In this document: one piece after another, positions 43,071 through 52,203 of the stretch
Position numbering within the stretch: position 1 is the first letter of the stretch
How the letters are laid out: the number at the start of each line of letters is the position of its first letter
Source of the DNA: an uncultured virus (IMG/VR IMGVR_UViG_3300028887_000111)
Lineage: Duplodnaviria; Heunggongvirae; Uroviricota; Caudoviricetes
Length of the DNA: 64,000 nucleotides
Strand: one strand, 5' to 3'
IMG/VR virus record: IMGVR_UViG_3300028887_000111
Location: 1 to 64,000 of that record
The notes under the pieces: model-generated
Database searches by the model: none
Told to the model about the DNA's origin: nothing
The model's input: the letters and a program-made list of their open reading frames with translations, nothing else
Program-made: the position numbers and the translations under genes

Positions 43071-43619
43071 TTACCCTCTGTAATATCTGAATAACATATC
43101 TATAAATTCACAGATTTCGTTGCACTTGTCTTGAGTGCTATTGTCACACACAAAATCCACATAATCTCTTGCATCCTTAAAGGCTTCTGCGTCGTGCTGT
43201 AAACGCTTGAAAATTTCTTCGTCACTGTCGCCACGCTTGTTCATACGGTCAGCCACGATAGAACTATCAACGTCGAGATAGATACTCAATATCGGGCGAT
43301 TACGATAGTTGCGATATAAGTCCTTCAATCCGTTCACGTCGCACACATAAAGGTCGGAACTGTCGAGCTGGCTCTGAGTGCTGAAGTAGAAGTTCCCAGC
43401 AAACCAAGTCGAGCACACTATCTGCTTTTGGTCGGCAAAAAATGCAGCTTCTTCTATTGAGCAAAATGTATGCGAAGTCAGATCGGCTTCATCATTCTCC
43501 CTCGGTGGTCTTGTTGTATAAGATTTCAAAACAGAATAGCTATACTTTTTAGCGAGTTTATTAGCTAAGGTTGTTTTGCCAGAGCCTGAGACTCCCAAAC
43601 ACGCAATCAATGGTTTCAT
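43071..43619 (-). CDS. gmk: Guanylate-kinase-like protein
   Basis: GVSGSGKT, SYTTRPPR, RGDS. Confidence 0.85.
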   Translation of the reverse strand: MKPLIACLGVSGSGKTTLANKLAKKYSYSVLKSYTTRPPRENDEADLTSHTFCSIEEAAFFADQKQIVCSTWFAGNFYFSTQSQLDSSDLYVCDVNGLKDLYRNYRNRPILSIYLDVDSSIVADRMNKRGDSDEEIFKRLQHDAEAFKDARDYVDFVCDNSTQDKCNEICEFIDMLFRYYRG

Positions 43620-44483
43620 TTAAGCTCCCTCCTCCTGTATTAACCCGTATTGTACCATAAGTTCTTTTTGCCACGCTCTTTCATCGAGGTATTGCATTTC
43701 TGCATTGAGTCTGGCGATTATTGCTTCTTGTTTGGTTTCGTAATAACAAAACAAAACCCTTTCACCGTAATGTTTTAACTCTGCTTTCCACGGTTTGGTA
43801 GGATAATTTTTTATATAACCAACGCCCTTAACACCAGAAGTATTATCGGCTCTTAATTTTTGGTTATGGGATTGATCTATTCTTGTTGCTTTATCGTCTA
43901 AATTTTCTCGCCTATTGTCTAACGCATTGCGGCTTATATGATCTGCGTCTTTCATCCCAAACAATTGATGCATTGATTGAGATTTTTTGTCTCTAACCCT
44001 AACATATCCATTGTGCGTATGTTCGATATGCCAACAGACATCTTTAATTGTGTCAAAATCACTCATAGAAAAATATACTTCTACCGAGTCATCGTTGTCG
44101 CAACGAAACTTCCCGAAAGGCTCGTGCTTGTCATCTGTAAGATTTAATTCTAATGTCGGATTATCTTTTAGTGGCTTTTTGCAGGCTTCTTGTGCATTTT
44201 TAATCATTTTGATACCACATTCTCTCCTACAACAACCACATGATTTTGATGTGCCATCTTTTAAGTGACTATGTTTTACGTCTACCAAATTGTGTTCATC
44301 GCAATCGCATATACAATGCCATTTTGCCGATACATCACGCCCATTAGAATAATGATAGTCATTGGCTCTGCATATAACTGTTAATCTCCCAAATTTCATC
44401 CCCGTGAAATCTTCCTTTGGTTTGGCTTTTATGTCTGTAAACTTTTTCTTTTCATTTTCAATAAAGTCATTATCTAATATCAT
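43620..44483 (-). CDS. HNH-AP2 homing endonuclease
   Basis: KFGRLTV, CDC, SCGC, DHISRNALDNRRENL, NTSGVKGV. Confidence 0.85.
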   Translation of the reverse strand: MILDNDFIENEKKKFTDIKAKPKEDFTGMKFGRLTVICRANDYHYSNGRDVSAKWHCICDCDEHNLVDVKHSHLKDGTSKSCGCCRRECGIKMIKNAQEACKKPLKDNPTLELNLTDDKHEPFGKFRCDNDDSVEVYFSMSDFDTIKDVCWHIEHTHNGYVRVRDKKSQSMHQLFGMKDADHISRNALDNRRENLDDKATRIDQSHNQKLRADNTSGVKGVGYIKNYPTKPWKAELKHYGERVLFCYYETKQEAIIARLNAEMQYLDERAWQKELMVQYGLIQEEGA

Positions 44484-44997
44484 TTTCTCCCCTCTCTCCA
44501 CATGGGTACATCTCTTTGCACTCGCCAGTATAAACACACATTGGGACAAGAAACTCTGCAAACTCAGGATTTGTCTCCAACACCTTATCGCATATTCCTC
44601 GCACCCACGCTCTCGTTTCTTCCGCAGCTTGATTACACAGTCTCTTGTTGGCAATAACCATTAATTCTTCTCCATTAACGTCCCAAATCATCGTTACTGG
44701 TGCGTCCTGCGGAGCTTTGTTTCTATCATACTCGTTCTGTCTGTCATTTCTTTGCGATCTGACATAGGGCTGAGAATGAACGTGGCGTACTAAGTGACCT
44801 ACCACACAATAGGGTATATCCTCTAACAAGAAGGAGAACCGCAAACATCTTATCGGTGAATGTCTTGCTTTCAAAATTGCCTTCTTCCATTCTTCTGTCG
44901 GCGGATTCTTAACATTCAGCCCGACAGTAACCAATGCCCTCTGTTTTACTTCTACCCAATCTTCTTCTGTGGGATGTCTTAAAACTGTTATCTTCAT
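44470..44997 (-). CDS. thyX: Flavin-dependent thymidylate synthase (short form)
   Basis: HSP, RH-x7-SQR, RLC..A..E.R motifs. Confidence 0.8.
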   Translation of the reverse strand: MKITVLRHPTEEDWVEVKQRALVTVGLNVKNPPTEEWKKAILKARHSPIRCLRFSFLLEDIPYCVVGHLVRHVHSQPYVRSQRNDRQNEYDRNKAPQDAPVTMIWDVNGEELMVIANKRLCNQAAEETRAWVRGICDKVLETNPEFAEFLVPMCVYTGECKEMYPCGERGENDIR

Positions 44998-45000
44998 ATC

Positions 45001-45228
45001 TTACCTCACGTAGAACTTGCCCACGAGCGCATTAAGCAACTCGCTATCTTCTTCATCGTATTCAATCACTATAGGCTCACTGAGATTCAGACTAAGCAAA
45101 CCCATTATGCTACGCCCGTCAACTCTGTACTTGCCGCTGACTGCCGTAACGTCTCCGCGACACTTCATGGCGTAGGTCACAAACTCTTTGACCTTGCCGA
45201 TGTCGTCAATCTGGATTCTTTTCGTCAC
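45001..45228 (-). CDS. HPr-family protein
   Basis: VDGRSIMGLLSL (Ser46 signature); no His in the sequence. Confidence 0.75.
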   Translation of the reverse strand: MTKRIQIDDIGKVKEFVTYAMKCRGDVTAVSGKYRVDGRSIMGLLSLNLSEPIVIEYDEEDSELLNALVGKFYVR

Positions 45229-45430
45229 TTAAAAGCCTCCATTCTTTGCCGTCGATTGCTCGACCAATATGTTTTATGTATTCATCATCCTCACGAATCG
45301 CCTGTAATTCTTCGGCGGTCAGTGTTCTGACCCATACTGGCTGTTGCGAGTTTCGCCGGTTCATTTCTTTTATATTTTTGTGTAACTCGGCATAGCACCG
45401 AGCTGTGTAACTAACTGTCGTTGTCATACA
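45206..45430 (-). CDS. Hypothetical protein
   Basis: AAGGAG RBS; fills the operon gap. Confidence 0.4.
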   Translation of the reverse strand, partial: CMTTTVSYTARCYAELHKNIKEMNRRNSQQPVWVRTLTAEELQAIREDDEYIKHIGRAIDGKEWRLLSDEKNPD

Positions 45431-45447
45431 CATTAATCTTCTCCTTT

Positions 45448-46158
45448 TTACCATAATTGCCTATGGAACACGTTAGTTCCATACCCAGAAGCATACCACG
45501 AATCAGCTTGCCAATCACCAAATATAGTGTTTTGATTTGCAAAGTAATAATCAACCGCATCTGCCATATCGCCATAATAAACAGAACCGTTACAATACCA
45601 AGTGTTGTCAGGGCAGAAACCCCATGGAACACAGGATGTATACAAGCAGTTTTCGATAGACTGCCCTGTGCGATATGATTGGTTCATGACCGATGCAACG
45701 ATTTTAGCTCGTTCGCCAACGTCGCTCATACCACCATATTCAGACGCAACGATCTTACAAAGAAGCTCATACTCTCTATCGCTTATTGGCAAATCCCCTG
45801 CCGACTGCACCTCTGCTTCTGTCTGTGGCTCAACCACATAAGGCTGAGTTTCAATCTCAGGAGTAGTCGGATAAACAATCTTCTCGGTCGTTGTCGTTGC
45901 CACCGTCATCAATTCCGTCATTATCGTGCTTGTTGTGGTCGTAGACGACGTTGTTGATTTCAAACCAGTAGTAGTCTGAGAGGATGTTGTAGTACATTCT
46001 GTACTTGTCACCTCCGTGGTCATAGGTTGTATAACTTCTGTGTCTGTGCTTCTACTGCCACGGCAACCTATTCCAATAGCCAATAGAAGTGAGATAGCTA
46101 ATGCTCTGACTCCTCCTAAGAGGAGACATCGGTAGCGTGAAGTCTTTCGATACTTCAT
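45448..46158 (-). CDS. Exported protein: Thr-rich linker plus SleB/Hydrolase_2-like domain
   Basis: Signal/lipoprotein-like N-terminus; LLCKIVASE.G...VASVMN. Confidence 0.55.
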   Translation of the reverse strand: MKYRKTSRYRCLLLGGVRALAISLLLAIGIGCRGSRSTDTEVIQPMTTEVTSTECTTTSSQTTTGLKSTTSSTTTTSTIMTELMTVATTTTEKIVYPTTPEIETQPYVVEPQTEAEVQSAGDLPISDREYELLCKIVASEYGGMSDVGERAKIVASVMNQSYRTGQSIENCLYTSCVPWGFCPDNTWYCNGSVYYGDMADAVDYYFANQNTIFGDWQADSWYASGYGTNVFHRQLW

Positions 46159-46248
46159 TTCTATCACCATTCCTTTCATTTGTTGCGAGAAATACGAGGT
46201 ATATACTTCTCTGGGTTTACGAGAAGCCGTACCGCTCCTTTATATACT

Positions 46249-46277
46249 ATTATACCGCACCGACTTGCATTTGTCAA
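46249..46277 (-). promoter_or_regulatory. Consensus sigma-A promoter for the nucleotide-metabolism operon
   Basis: TTGACA-17 bp-TATAAT on the minus strand with an A-rich upstream element. Confidence 0.85.
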
Positions 46278-46284
46278 GTGTTTT

Positions 46285-46946
46285 TCAAAATTTTTTTTGA
46301 GAAATTTTCACGTCTGTTTCTTGGTAATTCTTTGCCACTATGACTGTAGCGGCGGGCAAGTTCTCGTCGGATTTATAGGCGAAAACTATGGTATTACCAC
46401 TTGCCCTGTAAGAGAAATCAGTCTCTTTATCGAGATTATTTATGCACTCTTTCACCCATTTGTTAATCTCGGCATCCTTTATTGGCACACCGTCCGCATA
46501 CAAGAAGAAGTCTTTTGGGTATTGTATGGTATCGGCTGTTGGGTTTTCATCATCGAGATAAATCTCTTTATCGCAAGCACCGCAATGCAGATATTCTCCC
46601 TCAAATCTATCACTTACAATATCATCAAACTTGTAGGCAAGTTTTGACTCACAATGTGGGCAAGTAATCTCATATTCCTGTTCCTTATCCTGATAGTTGT
46701 TCTCAATTATCCTCATTAGTTATCTCCTTAATCGCAGTTTGTGGAAGTTACATATTGCACAATATAAGCGACTTCCTTTGTTTCGTTATTGTGTTTAGGA
46801 TATACCATTACGTCATATATCCCATAGTCATACTGCTCTACGTCAGTAAAAATTTCATCCATATCCGCAGGGTCGAGATAACCACCACGGGCTATTGCTC
46901 GTTTGTACTGAGCTTCGGTTATGGGCTTTTCTTTTCTTGCAAGCAT
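46285..46946 (-). CDS. Two hypothetical proteins (46285-46716 Zn-ribbon; 46728-46946)
   Basis: CPHC/CGAC pair; RBSs present. Confidence 0.5.
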
Positions 46947-47128
46947 TAATTATTCCTCCTAAACTTTTTAACAAGCGAATCTACGGCTTCTTGCCAAGTC
47001 ATTTTATCATCATATACTCGTTCAATGAAGTATGCTAATTCGTTAAGTTGCTCATCTGTAAAATTAAAGCCTTCCATTTTTGCACTTGCGATGGCGTTAT
47101 TAAAGGCTTTCTTGGTTTCGTCGGTCAT
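46946..47128 (-). CDS. VbhA-like antitoxin
   Basis: 60 aa helical protein with SxxxEG inhibitory motif (SAKMEG). Confidence 0.6.
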   Translation of the reverse strand: MTDETKKAFNNAIASAKMEGFNFTDEQLNELAYFIERVYDDKMTWQEAVDSLVKKFRRNN

Positions 47129-47162
47129 AAGTCACCTCGCATTAAATGTTTCTTCTATTGGG

Positions 47163-48368
47163 TTAGCACCCATTCACTACATTAATTATAGTAGGTGTTA
47201 GACACACCTCTATCCCATAGCTAAAAGCATCTGGAAATACCTTTCTAATTATCTGCAAACTGCCGTTTACGTCTGAATTGATTAGAGTATTATTTGCTTG
47301 AAACAACCCTCTTTTAACTCTCCGTCTTTTATTGTAATTTTCTTTACACGGTAGTTCTCCATCTAAAAAACTTGTTCCACTTGTATAACTTTCTTCAGTT
47401 TCAACAAACTCAATGCCTACATCTTCACATTTATATTTAAGCTGTTGTATCAACATTTTATAAGGAATAAAAACAAAGTTCTGCGAATTTACTTTATCCA
47501 TTCTAAGGTTCTGTTTCCACTCGTCGTTATGTCCTACAACTAAAGTATCTATCTGATGTTGTACACACCATTTGACTATGTAATGGCTTGCGTGGTGCAT
47601 ATAATTCTTGACTCTGTTGAACCGCTTGAAAGTTATTTGTTCAAGTTGTTTACTCCAAAACTGACCTTTGGGTAATTTAGATTGTAGTTCAGATCTGCGT
47701 TTATTATAGAATTGGTTTATGCTCTTTAATCCTCTACCGTTAATAATAAATGGCTGCTCACCAATATTATTTGAAGTTGTAGCAAGATTATTAACACCTA
47801 AATCAATTCCTACAATACGCTTGTTATCGGACATAGCATCAGGAACTTCAATCTGAGATACTATCTCCATGACGTATACACAACCCTTTGGGACAAATCT
47901 CACTTGAATTAACCTGCCGACACATCTGCATTTCCACCTAACGGATTGCAATTTGAGCACTCTAAATTTCAGTTCCCCATTCTCAAAATAGCAAGCGTTG
48001 TTTGGTATCATCCAATTGAATCTACCATCTTTCTTGAGATATTTTGGCATTTGAGGTCTGCCGAGAAATTTCTTTGGGTTCTTTTCATACTCTTTCAAAC
48101 CTTTAAAAAATGACTTCCAATTCTTATCAAGCAAACGCAGAACACAATTCGCAGGTTGGCTCATACAATCTTTATATTGCTGATGTGTTTTGAGATTGAT
48201 GTTCATTTCTTTGTATGAGACATATCGTTTGTTATTAATATATTCCTGCCTAATAATATAATTAGCATAATTATAAAGATTCTTCGCATTAAAGCACATT
48301 TCGTCAATGACACCCCACAACGAATGCGTCCTGCGGATAATCTGTTGTTCTACTCTGTTCGCAATCAT
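47163..48368 (-). mobile_element. tnpB: TnpB-family RNA-guided nuclease (IS200/IS605 group), no tnpA nearby
   Basis: KNLYN, GIDLGVNNL, QLKYK, EESYTS, DVNGSLQI. Confidence 0.9.
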
Positions 48369-48423
48369 ATATTACACCATCTCCTTTTATTTACCCCTAC
48401 GTAAAATAGCCAAAAACGGGCTG

Positions 48424-49170
48424 TTAATTTTCACCATCAATCCTCTTTTTAGCTATCTCAAAGTAGTTCTCATCAAGCTCTATGCCTATAAAATCTCTGT
48501 TGGTGTTCTTTGCTGCCACGCCTGTTGAACCGCTACCCATGCAATTGTCAAGCACTAAGTCTCCTTCGTCTGTATAGGTCTTAATGAGATATTCAAGCAG
48601 AGCAACAGGCTTTTGTGTGGGGTGGAACTTATCTTTATCATGGGTGAACTTCTGTACATCTCTCGGATAACGTGTGCCATGATTGACTGTCAACTGTTCC
48701 TTTGACCATTTCGTGTCATAATTGGTGCTGGCTCTACCTGATATTGCCGTATAAGGTTTGCCCTCTGTCATCTGAGGATAATACTTCATTGCGTGAGATT
48801 TGTCTTTGACATAGCAAGCTGCACTCTTGGAAAAGATTAATATATTCTCGTGTGCTTTCATAGGAGCAAAGTTGCAATTCAATCTGCCAGTAGCCATAGG
48901 TTTCTCCCATATCCATTCATACTTCAGCATATCAAGATTGCTTGCCCCTAATACCTTATCAAATGGCGTTTGAGCAAAGAGTGCTATACAACCATTGTCT
49001 TTTATGATGCGTTTGTACGCCCCCCATAGAGATTCAAGATTAATGGTGCTATCCCATTTATTCTTAGTAGTACCATAAGGAAGATCGCAAAGAATCAAGT
49101 CTACACTCTTATCTGGAATACCGCCCATTAATTCAAGGCAGTCGCCTTGCCATAATTCTATATTGCTCAT
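48424..49170 (-). CDS. N6-adenine/N4-cytosine DNA methyltransferase (beta class)
   Basis: DLPY, HPTQKP, DNCMGSGSTG. Confidence 0.93.
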   Translation of the reverse strand: MSNIELWQGDCLELMGGIPDKSVDLILCDLPYGTTKNKWDSTINLESLWGAYKRIIKDNGCIALFAQTPFDKVLGASNLDMLKYEWIWEKPMATGRLNCNFAPMKAHENILIFSKSAACYVKDKSHAMKYYPQMTEGKPYTAISGRASTNYDTKWSKEQLTVNHGTRYPRDVQKFTHDKDKFHPTQKPVALLEYLIKTYTDEGDLVLDNCMGSGSTGVAAKNTNRDFIGIELDENYFEIAKKRIDGEN

Positions 49171-49198
49171 TCAGTCTCCTTTCACATAAAAGCAGAAT

Positions 49199-49573
49199 TT
49201 AATTTTCAACCGTAACATCAACTCCCATAACCATTGATACCTCATTGTTTGGAAACATTGCCTTTAAACCATCAAACATTTTGGTTGCTTCCGTGTAAGA
49301 TATTTGATTAGGTATAATTGACGCCACCACTGTACTATCAGGTTTTACATCAAGAGTCTTTACAGAATTGATAAAAGTCTCTGAGTGTATCTGTCTCTCG
49401 ATAGCAGTAATGTCTATAACTTCTTTAGCTTTCTTAATTAAAGTCTTGTGATAGTCTGAAATCTCAACAGAGTCGCCTTCATATCCCCAAATTCGTCTAC
49501 TATCAAGATGATCGCCGTCCCAAAAAGCACATATATCTCCCACTTGGATTTCTCTTTCATAAAAATCTTTCAT
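49199..49573 (-). CDS. Hypothetical protein
   Basis: GAGGTG RBS; bounded by repeat sites. Confidence 0.55.
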   Translation of the reverse strand: MKDFYEREIQVGDICAFWDGDHLDSRRIWGYEGDSVEISDYHKTLIKKAKEVIDITAIERQIHSETFINSVKTLDVKPDSTVVASIIPNQISYTEATKMFDGLKAMFPNNEVSMVMGVDVTVEN

Positions 49574-49601
49574 TATTTCACCTCATAAAACACAGGTTTA
49601 A

Positions 49602-50510
49602 TCAATTAATCGCATCATAAATTTTACCTATCTCATATTCATATTTGTCAATAGGCGTTCTCTTGTAAAAATCACAATAACATTTGCCGTCATCGTGAAT
49701 GACATATTCAATGCCTTTGGTATACTTCGTGGTATCTGCTACTCCTTGCAGAAAGAACACTCTCATTCTGTCTTTACGTCTTAATCTGCACCACCATGAA
49801 TCAGATGTATGCTCGTAATTGATAATATCAAATTGATCTTCCTTTTTGCTATCAAACATATAGTTGGTGAAATAACCTTTATAACGCCAAAATACATCGC
49901 ATCTAAACCTTACTGAAATAAAACCTTGTTGCTGCGCCCAATTGATAAAATTATCTCGCCACCGATTAAAGTTTTCAATCGGACGAAAAATAACAGCTAC
50001 CGCCGATACAGTAATACCAACAGAGTTTAATCGAGAGATAATTCTTTTATAGGCTAAAGCTGGCGTATGAATTTGCATTATGTTCTCTCGCTCTGCTTGT
50101 CTATAATCGTGAACTGAGATGTTTACATAATCCACAACATCTCTCATTAACTCAATCGGTATCTGATAAAGGTTAGTGCCATTAGTTGTCATAGTAACTC
50201 TCAACACTTTATCCTTTATGTGGAACTCTCTTAGCTTAATCAATACAAGTGATAACAAATCGACATCAAGTGTAGGCTCACCACCTGTAATATCAAGAGA
50301 TACTGGATTCTTGTCTCCTATTTCATTTAAGAGATGTTCTAAAGACGGGATAAAGTTATCTAAAAAACCTTTTATATCATATTGTACTACAGGCTTATCT
50401 TTGTTGTAGCAGAACGGGCACTTCGCATTACAGCCACAAGGAATCACCAATTTAACAGAGATAACCTTGTTGTAATCTTCTCGTTCTCGAAAGAAAATCA
50501 CATTACTCAC
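49602..50510 (-). CDS. Radical SAM protein
   Basis: CNAKCPFC, TGGEP, TTNG. Confidence 0.9.
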   Translation of the reverse strand: MSNVIFFREREDYNKVISVKLVIPCGCNAKCPFCYNKDKPVVQYDIKGFLDNFIPSLEHLLNEIGDKNPVSLDITGGEPTLDVDLLSLVLIKLREFHIKDKVLRVTMTTNGTNLYQIPIELMRDVVDYVNISVHDYRQAERENIMQIHTPALAYKRIISRLNSVGITVSAVAVIFRPIENFNRWRDNFINWAQQQGFISVRFRCDVFWRYKGYFTNYMFDSKKEDQFDIINYEHTSDSWWCRLRRKDRMRVFFLQGVADTTKYTKGIEYVIHDDGKCYCDFYKRTPIDKYEYEIGKIYDAIN

Positions 50511-50546
50511 CTCACTTAAAACGAATCTTTTATTGCTTTTTTAGGG

Positions 50547-50705
50547 CTACTTTTTGGCTATTCTACGTTGTAAAATTTTGGGTTCTCGCTGCCCACCTTG
50601 CATTGTAGTGAGTGAAGGAGAAATACCCCCCCCACTGTAACAACGCTTGATAACATCCATGCCTTTAATCGGCAGATTTACTATCACTTTTATCTCGTTC
50701 TTCAT
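50547..50705 (-). CDS. TRD-like mini-protein 9 (52 aa), G8 tract in frame
   Basis: AAGGAG RBS; MKNEIK...RCYSGGGISPSLTTMQGGQREPKI. Confidence 0.75.
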   Translation of the reverse strand: MKNEIKVIVNLPIKGMDVIKRCYSGGGISPSLTTMQGGQREPKILQRRIAKK

Positions 50706-50856
50706 GTTTGCTCCTTATAAGCATTTTAGGCTCAGTGTTGCCACCTCTGCCTATGCCATTCAATGTGGGAGATACCCCCCCCGTAGTGTATATTCTGCGC
50801 CGACACTCCGTCCACTGTGGAATTTTGAGTTCGGCTATTTGTTTTAATTCATTCAC
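50665..50856 (-). CDS. TRD-like mini-protein 8 (63 aa), G8 tract in frame
   Basis: AAGGAG RBS, GTG start; RIYTTGGVSPTLNGIGRGGNTEPK. Confidence 0.75.
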   Translation of the reverse strand: MNELKQIAELKIPQWTECRRRIYTTGGVSPTLNGIGRGGNTEPKMLIRSKHEERDKSDSKSAD

Positions 50857-51007
50857 TTTTTATCTCCTTAAAGGCGTAGTGATAACTACCTCCACTGATA
50901 TTTGAACAATGACACATACCTACACAACAGCCACTATATATTCTATGCTGCTGATGGTATTGAGTGCCATAATTCTTCTCTCCTACCCCCCCCACCAGTT
51001 TTGGCAA
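50849..51007 (-). CDS. TRD-like module 7, G8 tract in frame, start uncertain
   Basis: PKLVGGVGEKNYGTQYHQQHRIY...GGSYHY; TTG start without a clear RBS. Confidence 0.55.
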   Translation of the reverse strand: MPKLVGGVGEKNYGTQYHQQHRIYSGCCVGMCHCSNISGGSYHYAFKEIKSE

Positions 51008-51021
51008 GGAAGTGAAAGGGG

Positions 51022-51288
51022 TTACTGAAAAGAAAATTCAAGCTGTCTGTCTACATTGGAGAACTTCTCGTCATAACACTCATAGTCATTATCATACTGT
51101 GCTTTATAAAGGTGTTCTGCTAACAGTTCAATGCAGTTTGTTACGATGCTGTTGCCAGCCTGTCGGTAGAGCTGAGTATCACTCATACCTACCGCCTTGC
51201 ACTTTTCTACATCTTCATTAGTAAAACCCATCAGTCTCCAACATTCGGTAGGAGTTAATTTGCGGATAGCCCAATCTTCAACGTTCAT
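51022..51288 (-). CDS. C5 methyltransferase C-terminal subunit (motifs IX-X)
   Basis: IRKLTPTECWRLMGF, LYRQAGNSIV; AAAGGA RBS before ATG 51288. Confidence 0.85.
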   Translation of the reverse strand: MNVEDWAIRKLTPTECWRLMGFTNEDVEKCKAVGMSDTQLYRQAGNSIVTNCIELLAEHLYKAQYDNDYECYDEKFSNVDRQLEFSFQ

Positions 51289-51514
51289 ACTATCATTCCT
51301 TTCAATTCTGTATATATTGCAATTACCTGCGGTGAGAGTAGGGCAGGTTTGCCCCCCCCCTCTGAACTCTGCCACGACGCAGCTTTGAATTTGGATAGGA
51401 TAGGTCAGCCACTCCACCATTCTCACAAAGGATATATCCTTGCTTCGTAGCTTGTTTTACCCTTATGTAATCTTTACTTTCATCGGGAGATAAGAGATCG
51501 TGCACATCACTCAT
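51289..51514 (-). CDS. TRD-like module 6, G9 tract out of frame (G8 would fuse it to the motif IX-X subunit)
   Basis: KQATKQGY...DLSYPNSKLRRGRVQ / GGQTCPTLTA. Confidence 0.8.
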
Positions 51515-51680
51515 TTTTATCTTCCTTTCTGACTTTCTTTAGAAGCACCCCAGTTCTTGCTTTCTGTTGATTGCTAACTCCGTTGTCATATCTTGTTAAA
51601 ATACAACTTGCATACTGCATAGGGCAAGGTTTATTCACAGTCATGTCCACCCCCCCTATGGTTATGTATTTGTCTGGCAT
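51507..51680 (-). CDS. TRD-like mini-protein 5 (57 aa), G7 tract in frame
   Basis: MPDKYITIGGVD...ASCILTRYDNGVSNQQKARTGV. Confidence 0.7.
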   Translation of the reverse strand: MPDKYITIGGVDMTVNKPCPMQYASCILTRYDNGVSNQQKARTGVLLKKVRKEDKNE

Positions 51681-51827
51681 TTCTTAACCCTCTTTATCAA
51701 TATCTTCTTGGCATCTTTGTAATCTCTGGAAAGTATTGTCTTAGAAATACCCCCCCCCGCTTACGACAATGCCTTGCTCACTGTAATTGGTTGGCAATGC
51801 CACCGCCACTCTTATCTGATTTTTCAT
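51662..51827 (-). CDS. TRD-like mini-gene 4, G9 tract out of frame
   Basis: With G8 reads MKNQIRV...SGGGISKTILSRDYKDAKKILI. Confidence 0.7.
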
Positions 51828-51967
51828 CTTTACTTACCTTTCTTATTAGTATCTTACAGGGATCTTTGTGTTCTCTCGTGGATAGAGTACACATACCCCC
51901 CTACGGAATACAACCGCCCATTATGTTCATACATATTAGGCATTGTCATTAGCAGTTTTACGTTCAT
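51778..51967 (-). CDS. TRD-like mini-gene 3, G6 tract out of frame
   Basis: With G5 or G8 reads MNVKL...RLYSVGG(G)MCTLSTREHKDPCKILI. Confidence 0.7.
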
Positions 51968-52107
51968 TTTTTCACCAACACTTTCGGAACTCCTTTGTAG
52001 TCTGTTGATTTGAGTGACCACATTGCACCCCCCCCACTGGCTACTTCTTGATTTTGATGTTGCTTACCAGTAGAGGGAAGGACTCGTCCCACATATTTTA
52101 TTTCCAT
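51964..52107 (-). CDS. TRD-like mini-protein 2 (47 aa), G8 tract in frame
   Basis: GGAG RBS; MEIKYVG...SGGGAMWSLKSTDYKGVPKVLV. Confidence 0.75.
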   Translation of the reverse strand: MEIKYVGRVLPSTGKQHQNQEVASGGGAMWSLKSTDYKGVPKVLVKK

Positions 52108-52203
52108 TGAACTACTCCTGTTGCACCAAATGTGCCTTTAAATTCTGAATAGCTGTTTTAGCATACTGCTGTTTAAGTGTGCGACAATATCCGTTCTGGT
52201 CAT

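Noticed and set aside
46180..46647. Antisense ORFs from the track (this one and similar shadows of long genes)
   Set aside because: They overlap well-supported opposite-strand genes or promoters and lack RBSs or motifs
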